DNA of 63,958 nt, the filler included, from Thraustochytrium aureum (lineage: Eukaryota), in the NCBI GenBank assembly GCA_012862495.1. It is 6 parts of 4 records of this genome, joined end to end, with 100 filler letters (N's around TTAATTAATTAA, not from the genome) between each part and the next. Parts side by side here need not be neighbours in the genome. Positions count along the whole stretch, not along the records: positions 1 to 30,744 come from BLSG01000452.1; positions 30,845 to 38,539 come from BLSG01000452.1; 4 more parts are not named here. One strand, given 5' to 3'. The translations under genes and the position numbers were made by a program. Each line of letters begins with the position of its first letter. Position 1 is the first letter of the stretch. The notes under the pieces were generated by a model. That model worked only from the letters and a program-made list of their open reading frames with translations. It did not search any database and had not been told where the DNA came from. Shown here in pieces: positions 23,101 to 34,993 of this stretch.

Positions 23101-25198
23101 CGCCCTTGCGCTCACCTGACGATAGCTGGGATCGACCCCCTGCACGGCAACTTTGGAACGGTCAGTCTGCCAATCACAAAGCTCTTCCCAATCCCCGGTG
23201 CAGGGGCGCCAAAGCGGGTCTCGTTCGAGCTCGCGGGCCGCGCGCGCAAGGACGACGCAGGCGAGCTCAAGGTGCACCTCGAGGTGGAGAGCGTCGGCAG
23301 GGTCTCGCTCGAGTCAATATGCGACTCGCAGGACGTGGCCTGGGGCGCGGCGGCTACAGCCTCGGGGACGAGCCTCATTCTCGGGGGCCAGTTCCAGGAG
23401 CGCGATCAAGTTCCGAGCCGGTTGCATCCAAAGATCCGACTCTCCCCCGCTATGGCCACCTTTTACCTCAAGCGCAACTTTAACCGCAACTCTCAGCGCG
23501 TCGTGCTGCGCGTTGGCATATTGCGCGCCGCTCTGCGGACCGTGGACCTCAAGATGGGCAACGAAAGGGTGGCCTCACAAGTGTTCTGCGAGCTGCGGCT
23601 GGGCTCGGAGCACGCGCGCACGCGAGGGGCAACCAACGTGCACGAACCAGAATGGAACGAGCTCTTTACATTTGGCAAACTTGAGACACTGACTGGCTTT
23701 GAAGAGCTCAAAGTCGAGTTTTACGCGAGCTGGACGGGGCCGCAAGAGGAGGCCAACCCGCCGGGGCCCCAGGGCGCTGGCGTGGCTTCCGCCTTCCCAG
23801 ACCCACTCTCACGGGGATCCACGCTAGCCGCGGCGCCTCATCGCCTGCAGCAGAGCCAGCACCCCCTTTCGCGAGGTGCGACGACGCCGGCACGCGGGCG
23901 CGCCGCGGGATCGCTCACGCGCAATGCGACATGGTCCTCGTCCGAGGACACGGCGCCACGCGCAACAAGCACTATGCTCTCGCTGCACCCACAGTCGCAC
24001 CGGACGCAGCTCATCGGCTCGCTGGAGCTCTCGCTGTCCGCGATCATCACAAAGTTCCAGGACAACCTCCTGATCCGGTGGGTCGCCCTCGCAAGGCACC
24101 GTTCCTCGCCAACGCGCTGAACCAGCTCCCGGGGCACGCTTGCTTTGGCTTTGAGGTTGGCACCGAGTCCCTTGCCGACAAGAGCGCAATCCTGCAGCAG
24201 CGGCGTGCCATGCAGCCCAGCAGACTCGGCCTCGAGGGCGACGAGGCCTCGCAGCCCTCGCCGACGGCCAACAATCGCAGCATGCGCAGCATTCAAGGTG
24301 GTCGCAAGCGCGTCCCGGCGATGGTGCGGCACGCCTCTGGGTCTATCCGCCAGTTAATGAGCCTCGCTGCCAGCCCGATGTCGAACAACTTTCGCTCCGG
24401 TGCGGGCGCCTTGGCTGGAGGGTCGAACTCAAGCGACAACTTGGCTGTGAATCGGCTGCGCACCGAGTCGCAAAGCAATTCGAGCCTGACGACGGGGACC
24501 TGGCCGTCATCTCGCAGCTCGTCCCCGACGACTGGAAAGCCAAGAGCTCGGACACGTTCGACGAGCGCGCATACGTAGTTCGTGTTTATGTGGTCCGCGC
24601 ACAAGGCCTTGAGCAGCGCTTCGTCCCCAGCGCGGCGGCGGCAGACGTGCAGATCCTGAATCGCCAGCGCGGCATGAGCAGTGGAGGCGGCTCTGTGCTC
24701 TCTGCGTCGTTGGAGTCGGTGCAGTCGCTCGGTTCGGACGAGCCGGCCACGATCGATCCGTACTGCAAGGTTGCTCTCCTGGACCCCCTCAACGATTTTC
24801 AAGCGAGCCAGACGAAAAAGACAGTCACCATCCGCGACAGCTCCGAGCCAGTATGGGAGGAGGAATTTGTCTTTGGCCGCGATCGCGACCAGCCTGTCCG
24901 TGGCAACGAGGTGCTGTCCGTCTCGGTTCATCACTGGGACCTCGCGGGCACCGGGTTCCACTTTGGGGAGGTCCGCCTTCCGATCGCCGACTATAGCGCC
25001 AAGCTCAACACCAAAGAGTCGCACACCAAGCCGCTGCTGTACTATGACGCAGCAACAGGCGAGCCGCTGCCGCCCGCAGAGACGCAGTGCGAGGTCGCAT
25101 TCGCCATAATTGTCAACGAACACATCAAGCGGGACGCGCACCGTGCTGCCCAGGACCGCGCCAACAACTGGCAGCTCTCCAAGTCCCCCATGCTCTAG
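20188..25198 (+). CDS. Multi-pass membrane protein with class-3 lipase-like domain and C2 domains (5' end in gap; frameshifts near 22190, 24085, 24560)
   Basis: Several hydrophobic helices at 20190-21120. Lipase_3 motifs IVVTFRG, VFVTGHG[L/W]GG, VYTFGSPRF. C2 motifs VFCELRLG..RTR..EPEWNELFTF and DPYCKV..KTVTIRDSSEPVWEEEFVF..FGEVRLPI. Confidence 0.75.
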
Positions 25199-25430
25199 CC
25201 CTANNNNNNNNNNNNNNNNNNNNNNNNNNNNNNNNNNNNNNNNNNNNNNNNNNNNNNNNNNNNNNNNNNNNNNNNNNNNNNNNNNNNNNNNNNNNNNNNN
25301 NNNNNNNNNNNNNNNNNNNNNNNNNNNNNNNNNNNNNNNNNNNNNNNNNNNNNNNNNNNNNNNNNNNNNNNNNNNNNNNNNNNNNNNNNNNNNNNNNNNN
25401 NNNNNNNNNNNNNNNNNNNNNNNNNNNNNN

Positions 25431-28236
25431 GGATTCTGGGCTGCAGCATCTTCCAGCGAATCCTCGGCAAGAAACGCCTGCGCCTCCTCAACACTTCGCT
25501 CCCAGTCTTCTTCCTGCTGCTTGCGCTCTGCCTCGAGCCCGTTCAGAGCGCGCTCCACGTCGGCGCGCAGCGCGCCGAGCTCTTCGCGGCCTTCCTCGAG
25601 CGCACCATGGAGCTGCTCGAGGCTGCTTGCTGCTTCTGCCTCGGCGGCGTCGAGCCTTCCAGCAATCGCAGCGAGCTGCGCTTGGCCGTCGCGCTCCACG
25701 AGCGTCAGCGTCACCTGCTCCATCGTTAAGCGCGCTTGGATGTCGGCCAGCTCGACCTGAGCGTTTGCTCGCTGCTCTTCGAGGGCCTCGAAAGTCTTGT
25801 GCATCGCCTCTGCAAAGAGTGCGTCGGTGCGCGAAGCAGCTTGCTGGCGAGCTTGCGACTCGGCCACCATAGCGGATCGCAGCACATGGATCTCCTCGTC
25901 GGCCCGTTGGGATCGCTCCTCGAAAGCGCTGGCCAGAGCAGCGCGCGCGACACTCTCAACGCGCTGTGTGGAGGCGAGCTCCTCGCGAAGCGCGGCCGCC
26001 GTGGCCTCGACGAGATTCTCGATGCGCTTCTCGCGCGCANNNNNNNNNNNNNNNNNNNNNNNNNNNNNNNNNNNNNNNNNNNNNNNNNNNNNNNNNNNNN
26101 NNNNNNNNNNNNNNNNNNNNNNNNNNNNNNNNNNNNNNNNNNNNNNNNNNNNNNNNNNNNNNNNNNNNNNNNNNNNNNNNNNNNNNNNNNNNNNNNNNNN
26201 NNNNNNNNNNNNNNNNNNNNNNNNNNNNNNNNNNNNNNNNNNNNNNNNNNNNNNNNNNNNNNNNNNNNNNNNNNNNNNNNNNNNNNNNNNNNNNNNNNNN
26301 NNNNNNNNNNNNNNNNNNNNNNNNNNNNNNNNNNNNNNNNNNNNNNNNNNNNNNNNNNNNNNNNNNNNNNNNNNNNNNNNNNNNNNNNNNNNNNNNNNNN
26401 NNNNNNNNNNNNNNNNNNNNNNNNNNNNNNNNNNNNNNNNNNNNNNNNNNNNNNNNNNNNNNNTAGCGCCTGGTCCCCTTGGTGTGCGACGCGGTCCTCA
26501 ACGCGCGCTGCCCGTGCCGCTAGCTCGCGGACATTTTCGTCAAGCGACGTCCGCAGCTCGTCCAGTTCCATTTGGTGCGTCGCCGCGCGCTTCGCGAGTT
26601 TTGCCTCGCAAGCTGCCAGCCGCTCAGAGGCCTCTGCCTGTGCGAGGTGGCGGTCGTGGCTCTCCTGGACCGCAGCCGCCTCGAGGCGTTCCACCTCGTC
26701 GCGGAGCCGCTTGTCGATGCTCGAGAATGTTGCGTCAATTACTTGCTGCACGTTTGCTGCGTGAGCTTCGAGTTCTTTGCGCGTCGTATCGTTTGCGAGC
26801 TGGAGGGTCTTTGCGGTGTTTTCAAGGTGCTCGCGCGCCTTGGCCTCGTGCCGCATGCGCGAGCGCACCTCGGCCCGCACAACCTCTTCGAGCTCGTCGA
26901 GCTTGCTTTGCGCCGCCCCTGCGCCGCCGCCAAGCCTTGACCCGCTTCCAGAGCCACCAGCACGGTTTGCACGAGCAAGGCTGTCGAGCTGGTCGAGCAG
27001 GTCTTCGTGAACGCGCCGGACAGAGTCGATTCGCGCGGTCTCCTCGCGTTGCAAGTCGCGCGACACGACGTCCAAGCGCACTTCCACCTCGCTGCGCAGT
27101 TCAGCAAGCACCTCGGCCTCCTGGGCTTCCCGGCCAAGAACGTGCTCTTGCAGCTTGTCCAGGCGCGTCTCCATCGCGCGACGCACCATGTCGAGGGCTT
27201 CGCGCGTCTGGGCGCCTTGCGCCGATGCCTCTGACCTGTCCATGGCGCGCATCTCGCTGACCGCGGATAGCTCGTGCGATATTTGTGACGAAACTTGACT
27301 CATGTGCTCGGCCAGGCGGTCTCCAACCTTGGCGTCGATACGAGAAGTCGCATGCCGCGCCTCGTCGAGTGCTGATTGTTGGCTTTGCGAAGCTTGGGTG
27401 GCGCGGGCTTGAAAGGTCAGGGTCTCTTCACGCAGCCGCGCAACGTCCTGCGTCGCCGCCTCGACTTGCGTGTTGATTGACTGGAGCCAGCCGCCGTGCG
27501 ATTCGCGCGTCTGTGCCTCTTTGTGCGCCGTCGCGTCGGCGCGCTGGCGCGCTTCGAGGGCCAAGGCGTGGACAGCCTCGAGCTTTGCGTCGGCGTGCTG
27601 CTTGAGCTGATCGATCCGCTCATTCAGCACGCTGCAGACCTTGCCGAGGCGAGACACCTCGCGCAGTAAGGTCGAGGTTTCCGCCCGCTCTTGCGCGGCC
27701 GCGGCCTGGCTAATAACGGCCGACTTGAGTTGCACGAGATCGCCCTGCGTGCGCTCCAGCGCTCCAAAGAGCCCTTGCACCTGCTCTAGCTGCCGCTGTA
27801 GGCCTTCAACGCGGTCGTTTCGCGTGATGATGAGGTCCTCCAAAGACGTTACGTGCTTGCGCATCTCGCCCAGAGTCTCGCTCATCATGCGGTTCTCCTG
27901 CGCCAAGCCGGTACTTGCGCGCGCCTGCTCTAGCATTTCCTCAAATCGTCTTGCGTCACGCTCGCGCTCGGCTTCAACCATAGCGAGCCTCTGTTCAAGC
28001 GCGGCGAACCGCGCCTCGGCCTCTGCTCCAGCGCTCGCTCTGTTGTTGCTCGCGCTGGTGTTTGGACTCTGGCTCCTACCGGGCCCCTGGATCCCTTGCG
28101 TCCATTGCGGCTTCGCACCGTACTGCTGCGCATGATGGTTCTCCACGCGCTCATCCGCGCCGCTGCGTTCGTACTGGAGCCGCACCGGCACCGGCGCTGG
28201 ACCGACAGGGCGCGTGGCCTCGAGCGTCCTGCGCAT
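25431..28236 (-). CDS. Long coiled-coil protein (internal gap; 3' end in gap)
   Basis: More than 600 codons of open E/Q/R/A/L-rich heptad-like sequence on both sides of the 26040-26463 gap. Confidence 0.75.
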
Positions 28237-29669
28237 TCCGGCCGCGAGTCGGCCCTCCAAACCAGCCAGAAAGCGCCACAAAGCCCCACGACGCAAGCCA
28301 AATCCTGTACACTACACGACGGCGCGCCCAGCGGACGCCGCAGAGCCCTGCGCGCGCGAGGCAAGCTCGTCCCGGAGAGCGGTCTGCCGCGCCCAGGCTG
28401 CGCGAGTTACCGTTTCATCCCACGTCCAAAACGACGCCGNNNNNNNNNNNNNNNNNNNNNNNNNNNNNNNNNNNNNNNNNNNNNNNNNNNNNNNNNNNNN
28501 NNNNNNNNNNNNNNNNNNNNNNNNNNNNNNNNNNNNNNNNNNNNNNNNNNNNNNNNNNNNNNNNNNNNNNNNNNNNNNNNNNNNNNNNNNNNNNNNNNNN
28601 NNNNNNNNNNNNNNNNNNNNNNNNNNNNNNNNNNNNNNNNNNNNNNNNNNNNNNNNNNNNNNNNNNNNNNNNNNNNNNNNNNNNNNNNNNNNNNNNNNNN
28701 NNNNNNNNNNNNNNNNNNNNNNNNNNNNNNNNNNNNNNNNNNNNNNNNNNNNNNNGAGCTTCTTGCTTGGCCGCTCCATGCAGCTCTGCGGATCATGCGC
28801 GGCTGGAGGCCCTGCTCATGGCTCAGCGATCGCCTCGCCCGGGCCATGTGCTGCAAGACGCGAGCCTGGCTTTTTGACTCCGGGTGGCACGACGTTCATG
28901 CGCCTGCTGCGGGCATCGTTTCGTGGCCGGCGGGCCGCCTTGCAGCGTTTTTGGGCCGGTCCGCCTCCCGGTATTGCCCTCGCCGTCCGCGCTTGCTGGA
29001 TTGGACGCGAGCGCCGGCCGGCCAGGGTTGTAGCGAACTCGCAGGCCTTGCGAAGGCCACCCAGGTTCGCGCGGCGAAAGCGTGGCCCGACCTTACGTTG
29101 AGCCGGCCTTGCATGCACGGCGTTGGGCAAGCTGGCATACGCTGTGTCCAAGCGTTGACCAATTGAAATAGCAGGCTTTGAACAGCACTGGTCGGGCAGG
29201 CTTGCATAACAGTGCGCAGGCTTGCACTACGTTGCGCATGCCCAATCTTTCATTTCAAAATCAATTGAGCAGGCTTGCATTGCTTGCCTGTGCATGGTCG
29301 AGCAAGCCCAATCTTGCATTGATCAAAAGCGCAGGCTCTCGAACGCGCTCTGGCTGGCCAAGCCCAACCTCGCATTGAGCAGCACTGTCGGCTTGCGCTC
29401 GGCTTGCGCTCGGCTTGGTCGCTCGGCTTGGTCGTTCCGAGTCGCTCGGCTCGCGCTGTGACGAGCATTGCGGGTTGTGGTGAGGCGAACTGTACGTTTA
29501 TTCTCTTCCTGTCCTCAGCAGTTGTCAGCAGCGGCGGAGGAGCAGCAGCCGCAGGAGCAGCAGACCGCCATCGAGTGCGAGCGCGTCCCGCAGCGGGAGC
29601 CTGCAGGTCTGGGGGATAGGTACTCTGGGGCAGAGGGACGGTCTGGCGAGCTTGGGAGCGCTTGCCAGG

Positions 29670-30744
29670 ATGACGACTGTGACGGACTTTGACCGGAGCA
29701 TGTCGTACGAGAGCGAGACGCTCGCAGACGCGATGGAGGCGAACGAGTCGGCCAGACACGCGTCGCGAGTCGCGCACCTGTACCTGAACCGCACGGCGTA
29801 TCTCACGGATAGCGATTATGTGGTTGAGATTCCTCGGCTCGTGGACAAGGTGTTCGGGTTGCTGGAGCCGTACCTTGGCTCGGACGGGCTCCCGATTCAC
29901 ATGGACTACGGGTGGATGCACAAGATTAAAAACATCAGGGATGCTCCGGCGTCGTGCGGGGCGCTAGCTGAGGAGCGACCTGAACAAGACGTTTGATGAA
30001 AAGGCCTGGAGCCGCGACCAGCTGGCAGCGTTTCGCGTGTTCCAGCTCCTCGACGCGAACGAGCGCGGCAACCTGTTCGAGGCGGTTATGGTGCGCGAGT
30101 ATAAGAGCTGCGCGTACTACATGCCCTTGAACGTCCTCCCTCCGTCAGTGAAAGCGGTTCTCGAGATGGCGGCAGGGCCGGGCTTGAACGTGAACGCGCT
30201 TGCACCAGAGCTCCGTTTCCTGGCAGAGCTCTCGTACTTTCAAAACGCGGCCGCATTCCGGCCAGGCCACGTCGCGCTCGACCTTGTCGAGCTCTTCATC
30301 TTTCGGTTTTTGTGCTGGTTTGTTTTCGCGCCAAGCACTTTTACCGAGGCAATGCTCGCTCGAGCAGAGCGTGACCTGACAGCTGCGCAACGAGGCGCGC
30401 CTGTCGGGCCGAACGGAACGGCGGCGGGCCCGGTGCCAGGCGGGATCGGCGACACGGCGGCCGAAGGTGCCCGTCGCGCCCCTATCAAGCCGTCGCTGTT
30501 CTATTCGAGGTGCTACGTGCCCGATGTGTTTTCGAAAAGCCCCGCGCAAGAGCTGCTCAAGGGATACTGCGAGCGGTTGCTGCCACTTGGGGGCGGCGTG
30601 TCGCTTTCGCGCCCAGGCCTTCTTTTCCTGCAAGGCCTAACTAGTGTGTGGCTGCTCCGCAACGCGCCTGCGCAGATGGGTGGGAGTGGGGTGGTCTCTG
30701 CCGTGCCGCTGTACGGTGGCGGCGGCATGACCTACTCGTCGCCC
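29670..30744 (+). CDS. SMPD4 (neutral sphingomyelinase-3 / mit_SMPDase)-like protein, N-terminal part; frameshift near 29965, truncated at scaffold end
   Basis: IPRLVDKVFG..YGW, FQLLD..GNLF, YYMPLNVLP, LDLVELFIFRF, LLKGYCERLLP and FLQGLTSVWL follow the order of conserved SMPD4 blocks as I recall them. Confidence 0.55.
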
Positions 30745-30788
30745 NNNNNNNNNNNNNNNNNNNNNNNNNNNNNNNNNNNNNNNNNNNN

Positions 30789-30800
30789 TTAATTAATTAA
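30789..30800. other. Artificial scaffold linker TTAATTAATTAA
   Basis: Palindromic all-frame stop 12-mer flanked by about 44 N on each side. Confidence 0.97.
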
Positions 30801-30844
30801 NNNNNNNNNNNNNNNNNNNNNNNNNNNNNNNNNNNNNNNNNNNN

Positions 30845-31349
30845 GTTTTGCGTCTACCGGCGACTGAGCGCGCTGGGCCGTGTGCAGATAGCGCTTGGTG
30901 CGCGTGCCAGCCGCAACGAGGCCATGGCGTACGTTGGCGACCCTCTGAAGAACCCGCCGCCAGTCTGCAGCTACGAGATTGCCTTTCTCGTTCGTGCCGC
31001 GGACAGCCTCTCCCTGTGGCTAAACCGCCGTGCTCGGCCTTGAGCGCCCAGTCTACGACGAGGACGTCGACCCGGCCGAGCAGGCCATGGAGAGGGCCTT
31101 TCGAGTTGACCTCGGTTCCTCGCCGACGCGCGCAACCTGCTGTTTGGGGTGATTCTGGGCACACTCTTCAACGCCTTCTTCCTGGGCTGGCCGGTCTACT
31201 TTTATGCGATTACGACGGCGATGCTGTTGCTCGTGAGCCTCACCACCAGCGAGACGGCCTTTTACGTCGCGGCGCCGTCCGTGGCGCTCTTTTGCGTTGC
31301 TTGCAACGCGTTGGTGCAGCTCGTCATTGCGAAGCGCAGTGGTGCTTAG
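30845..31349 (+). CDS. C-terminal fragment of a membrane protein
   Basis: Hydrophobic helices ILGTLFNAFFLGWPVYFYAITTAMLLLVSL and VALFCVACNALVQLVIA before the stop at 31349; starts at the scaffold edge. Confidence 0.45.
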
Positions 31350-31902
31350 TCGCAGCCTCGCGCGCTTCGCAAGTGATGTGCTCGGTCAAGAAATCCTGCG
31401 CTTGTCAAGAGACCGTGCGCTTGAGATCGTGCTCAGGTGGGGCTGGCGCGCCGCCCGTCCAAGCGCGACGCAGCATCGCCAGGGCACTGTGCGTCGGGCG
31501 GCAGCGCAGTACTGGCACGCACTGCCGCACTCCCGCTCTTTGCGCGCAGCGCAGCACAACACACCTTCAGTTCATTGCTTTCTCCGTTGCCTCACTTGCG
31601 GCGACCGGGCGACCGCGGCGGCCTAGGCGCCCTCCGGCGCGCCCGCGGCAAGCGGCACTCTGCTCGTGTTGGCTGGCCATGAACGGCGCCATCCCTGGCC
31701 GAGTCCGGGGCCGGCCAGACCTGTCCTAGTGCAGGCACGCAGCCGGACGCGCGGCGCGCAGGCAGGCGGGGCGCCAGGCAGAGAGCGAGACGCAGGCGGC
31801 AGGGCAGCGCCCCTGTGCGGCCTTTGCGCTCGCTCGCTCGCTCGCTTGCTCGACGCGAGGCCCAGACCGCGGGTGCGGTCCTCAGGACGACGGCGCAGTC
31901 GA

Positions 31903-33887
31903 ATGTCCGTGATGGGACTGAACGCCTTCGGCGCGGGCGGGACGGCCGGCGGAGCGTACTGGTGCGCGTTTGACACGTCCGTGCTGGACTTTCGGTGAGT
32001 TTCGGCCGGCTCGCGCTTGTGGTGCGGGGGACCAGAAGGCTGACGGCCGGGCGTGACAGGACGCCGCAGAACAGCGCCGTGCTCTACTCGTGCTTGTTCT
32101 CGTGCGCGCTGTACCTGACGATAGTGAGGTTTGTGAAGCGCGCGCGACGCTGGGCGCTCGTCACGGGCGACGAGTCTGCGGCAATCGCAGTAATTTTGCC
32201 CTCGTACCTGCCGATTCTGTACGGCGTGATCGCGATCAACTTTGCACGCGCCGCCATCGTCGTCCTCTACGGTGCGCTGTGCGACTCGGCGTACATCGAC
32301 CTGTACCCTGAGCGCAGCCGTGCCAACCCGTGGAACAACGCCTTTTACGTCGGATACGCGCTGAGCTCGGAGTGGTTTGCGAACTCGTTCACGCTCTTGT
32401 TTTCGGAGCGATGCGTGAGCCGCCGTGCGTTCGCGTCGAGCGTGTTCAAGGGTTTTTTGCTCAGCGCTGCAACCACGGCGCTTTACACAGTGGGGATCAA
32501 CGCAAGCGGGCTCGGGCTCGACGATGCCGGAGCCGTGGACGTGGCGCGCGCCGTGGAGGTCGGCGCGCTCGCGCTTCCGCTCCTGGTATTGTTGCTTCCG
32601 CTGGTGGTGACGGGGCGGTATCGAGCCAGCGCGCGCGAGTTTGTACTTTATTCTATTGCATGGCGCGTGTGTATCTTGCCATGGANNNNNNNNNNNNNNN
32701 NNNNNNNNNNNNNNNNNNNNNNNNNNNNNNNNNNNNNNNNNNNNNNNNNNNNNNNNNNNNNNNNNNNNNNNNNNNNNNNNNNNNNNNNNNNNNNNNNNNN
32801 NNNNNNNNNNNNNNNNNNNNNNNNNNNNNNNNNNNNNNNNNNNNNNNNNNNNNNNNNNNNNNNNNNNNNNNNNNNNNNNNNNNNNNNNNNNNNNNNNNNN
32901 NNNNNNNNNNNNNNNNNNNNNNNNNNNNNNNNNNNNNNNNNNNNNNNNNNNNNNNNNNNNNNNNNNNNNNNNNNNNNNNNNNNNNNNNNNNNNNNNNNNN
33001 NNNNNNNNNNNNNNNNNNNNNNNNNNNNNNNNNNNNNNNNNNNNNNNNNNNNNNNNNNNNNNNNNNNNNNNNNNNNNNNNNNNNNNNNNNNNNNNNNNNN
33101 NNNNNNNNNNNNNNNNNNNNNNNNNNNNNNNNNNNNNNNNNNNNNNNNNNNNNNNNNNNNNNNNNNNNNNNNNNNNNNNNNNNNNNNNNNNNNNNNNNNN
33201 NNNNNNNNNNNNNNNNNNNNNNNNNNNNNNNNNNNNNNNNNNNNNNNNNNNNNNNNNNNNNNNNNNNNNNNNNNNNNNNNNNNNNNNNNNNNNNNNNNNN
33301 NNNNNNNNNNNNNNNNNNNNNNNNNNNNNNNNNNNNNNNNNNNNNNNNNNNNNNNNNNNNNNNNNNNNNNNNNNNNNNNNNNNNNNNNNNNNNNNNNNNN
33401 NNNNNNNNNNNNNNNNNNNNNNNNNNNNNNNNNNNNNNNNNNNNNNNNNNNNNNNNNNTTCCTGCTCGAGTCTGGGATGCGCTGCATGCTGACAGACTTT
33501 GGGACCTGCGTTCGTGTGCCACGCGACCGCGAGTTCGTTCAGACTGACTCGATTGCGGGGACGGTGGACCACATGGCGCCCGAGGTCCTGGGCCAGACGC
33601 GGCGCAACATGTTTTATGGCTACGCCTCGGACGTTTTTTCGCTCGGCGTGCTGGTGAACAGCATCTTGGCGATGGAGCCTCCGTTCGAGGGCCTCGGCGC
33701 CTTCCAGATCCGCTCCGCGGTGCTTGCCGGGCAGCGGCCCCGTCCTGCGTCCTGCCCTGGGCATTTGCGGCGGACGCTGCAGGCGGCCTGGTCGGGGCAG
33801 CCGCTTGGCCGGCCTTCGGCGTCTGCGCTGCTGCAGGCGCTTGAGCGGGTGCGGCTGCCGCGCGACGCAGCGGCGTTCGAGGCCTAG
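31903..33887 (+). CDS. Multi-pass membrane (GPCR-like) protein fused to a TKL-family kinase; intron 31995-32059; central gap
   Basis: Intron GTGAGT..GCTGAC..ACAG (65 nt) joins the frames. At least 5-6 hydrophobic segments precede the gap. Kinase motifs LTDFG, AGTVDHMAPEVL, SDVFSLGV, PPF, GQRP and RPSASALL follow it. Confidence 0.72.
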
Positions 33888-33995
33888 GTGCAACATTCAA
33901 GAGCAAGCGCAAGAGGCTGCGGGATCCACGCCTGCTGCCCGGCAGGCGGGGCGCGCCCAGAGCAATTACGAGCGCCGCACAAAGAAAAAACCTAT

Positions 33996-34307
33996 TTAGT
34001 GCTCCGGGACGTACTTGGGGTCCTTCTTGCGGTGGTAGTCCAGCTTGGCGTGCACCAGGATCCCAGCGCCAAACACCATGAACATCGCATGAAACACCGG
34101 CGCCCCGCTGCCCGTGCGGATGTACCGCCGCGAGTAGTTGGACAGAAACCTGTCATACGCGCTGCCGGCCTGCGCCTCGCCGCCCTCCTCGTCAGCCGCC
34201 GCGCGCACCTGCGCAAGCAAGCAAAACCCGCCACAATCCGCCCAAAAAAACCCAAAAACACAACGCAAGCGCAGCCGCGCAGCTCAGCCCTGCCGCGCAC
34301 TCACCAT
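33996..34307 (-). CDS. Small membrane protein, probable mitochondrial ATP synthase subunit f; coding exon 1 is only the ATG, intron 34209-34304
   Basis: ATG|GTGAGT...GCGCAG|GTG gives MVRAAADEE...NYSRRYIRTGSGAPVFHAMFMVFGAGILVHAKLDYHRK, resembling the Y..KYI.T.S..P.FH motif plus TM helix of subunit f. Confidence 0.65.
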
Positions 34308-34335
34308 CTTGCTCCCCTGCCTGTCCCTCGACGCC

Positions 34336-34400
34336 GCTGCTGCTGCTGCTGCTGCTGCTCGTCCGCTGCTGCTGCTGCTGCTGCTGCGCCTCCTGCTGCT
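34336..34400. repeat. Interrupted (GCT)n microsatellite
   Basis: Visible trinucleotide runs. Confidence 0.9.
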
Positions 34401-34589
34401 GCTCTGCCGCTCCGCCGTCCGTCTGTCTCTCTCGCAGCCGCCGCAATGTTAACAACCGGGCCGCATGGCGTCATCCTCCAACCTCGCGAAACACGGTGTC
34501 GTAAGCGAATGCATGACGTCACGCCGACGCCATGCGACCTAACCTAGACCAGAGACCCTGACCCTAGCTAGCTAGAGCAGCATGCGCAC

Positions 34590-34915
34590 AGCGAACACAG
34601 AGAACGTAAAGAACGAAGTAAGGAGGGAACAGAGCGAAGCACAGCGTGAAGAACAAACCGAGCAGTGCTTCCAACCACGAACAACAAGAGCACCTTCTGT
34701 TCTTTCTGCTGTTCTGAGCTGAAAACTACAGAGAACAAAGCGACCCTGGCGCTTCCCCGGGAGAACAAAGCGAAAGACGAATAAAGCGATCCTCCCGGCG
34801 CTTCCCCGGGAGAACAAAGCGAAGAAATGCAGCTTGAGACGAACAAAGCGAGCCGCTTGGCGCTTCCCCGGGAGAACAAGCGAATATCACGAACTGTGTT
34901 GCAGGGAACAAAGGG
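34590..34915. repeat. Degenerate purine-rich minisatellite; GGCGCTTCCCCGGGAGAACAA(A)GCGA at 34748, 34797, 34859
   Basis: Three near-exact 25-26-mers plus many GAACAAAG/GAAC..AGCGA subunits. Confidence 0.85.
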
Positions 34916-34993
34916 AGCCAGCGAGGAACTATTGGCGTTGGACACGATCAATCAACAAAAGAGATTGGAGGGAGAGTGCAGAGCGCTGGGGGG

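Noticed and set aside
34748..34883. CRISPR-like repeat-spacer array
   Set aside because: Only three repeats, the spacers are unequal (about 23 and 36 nt) and share AGACGAA.AAAGCGA, there are no cas genes, and the context is eukaryotic.
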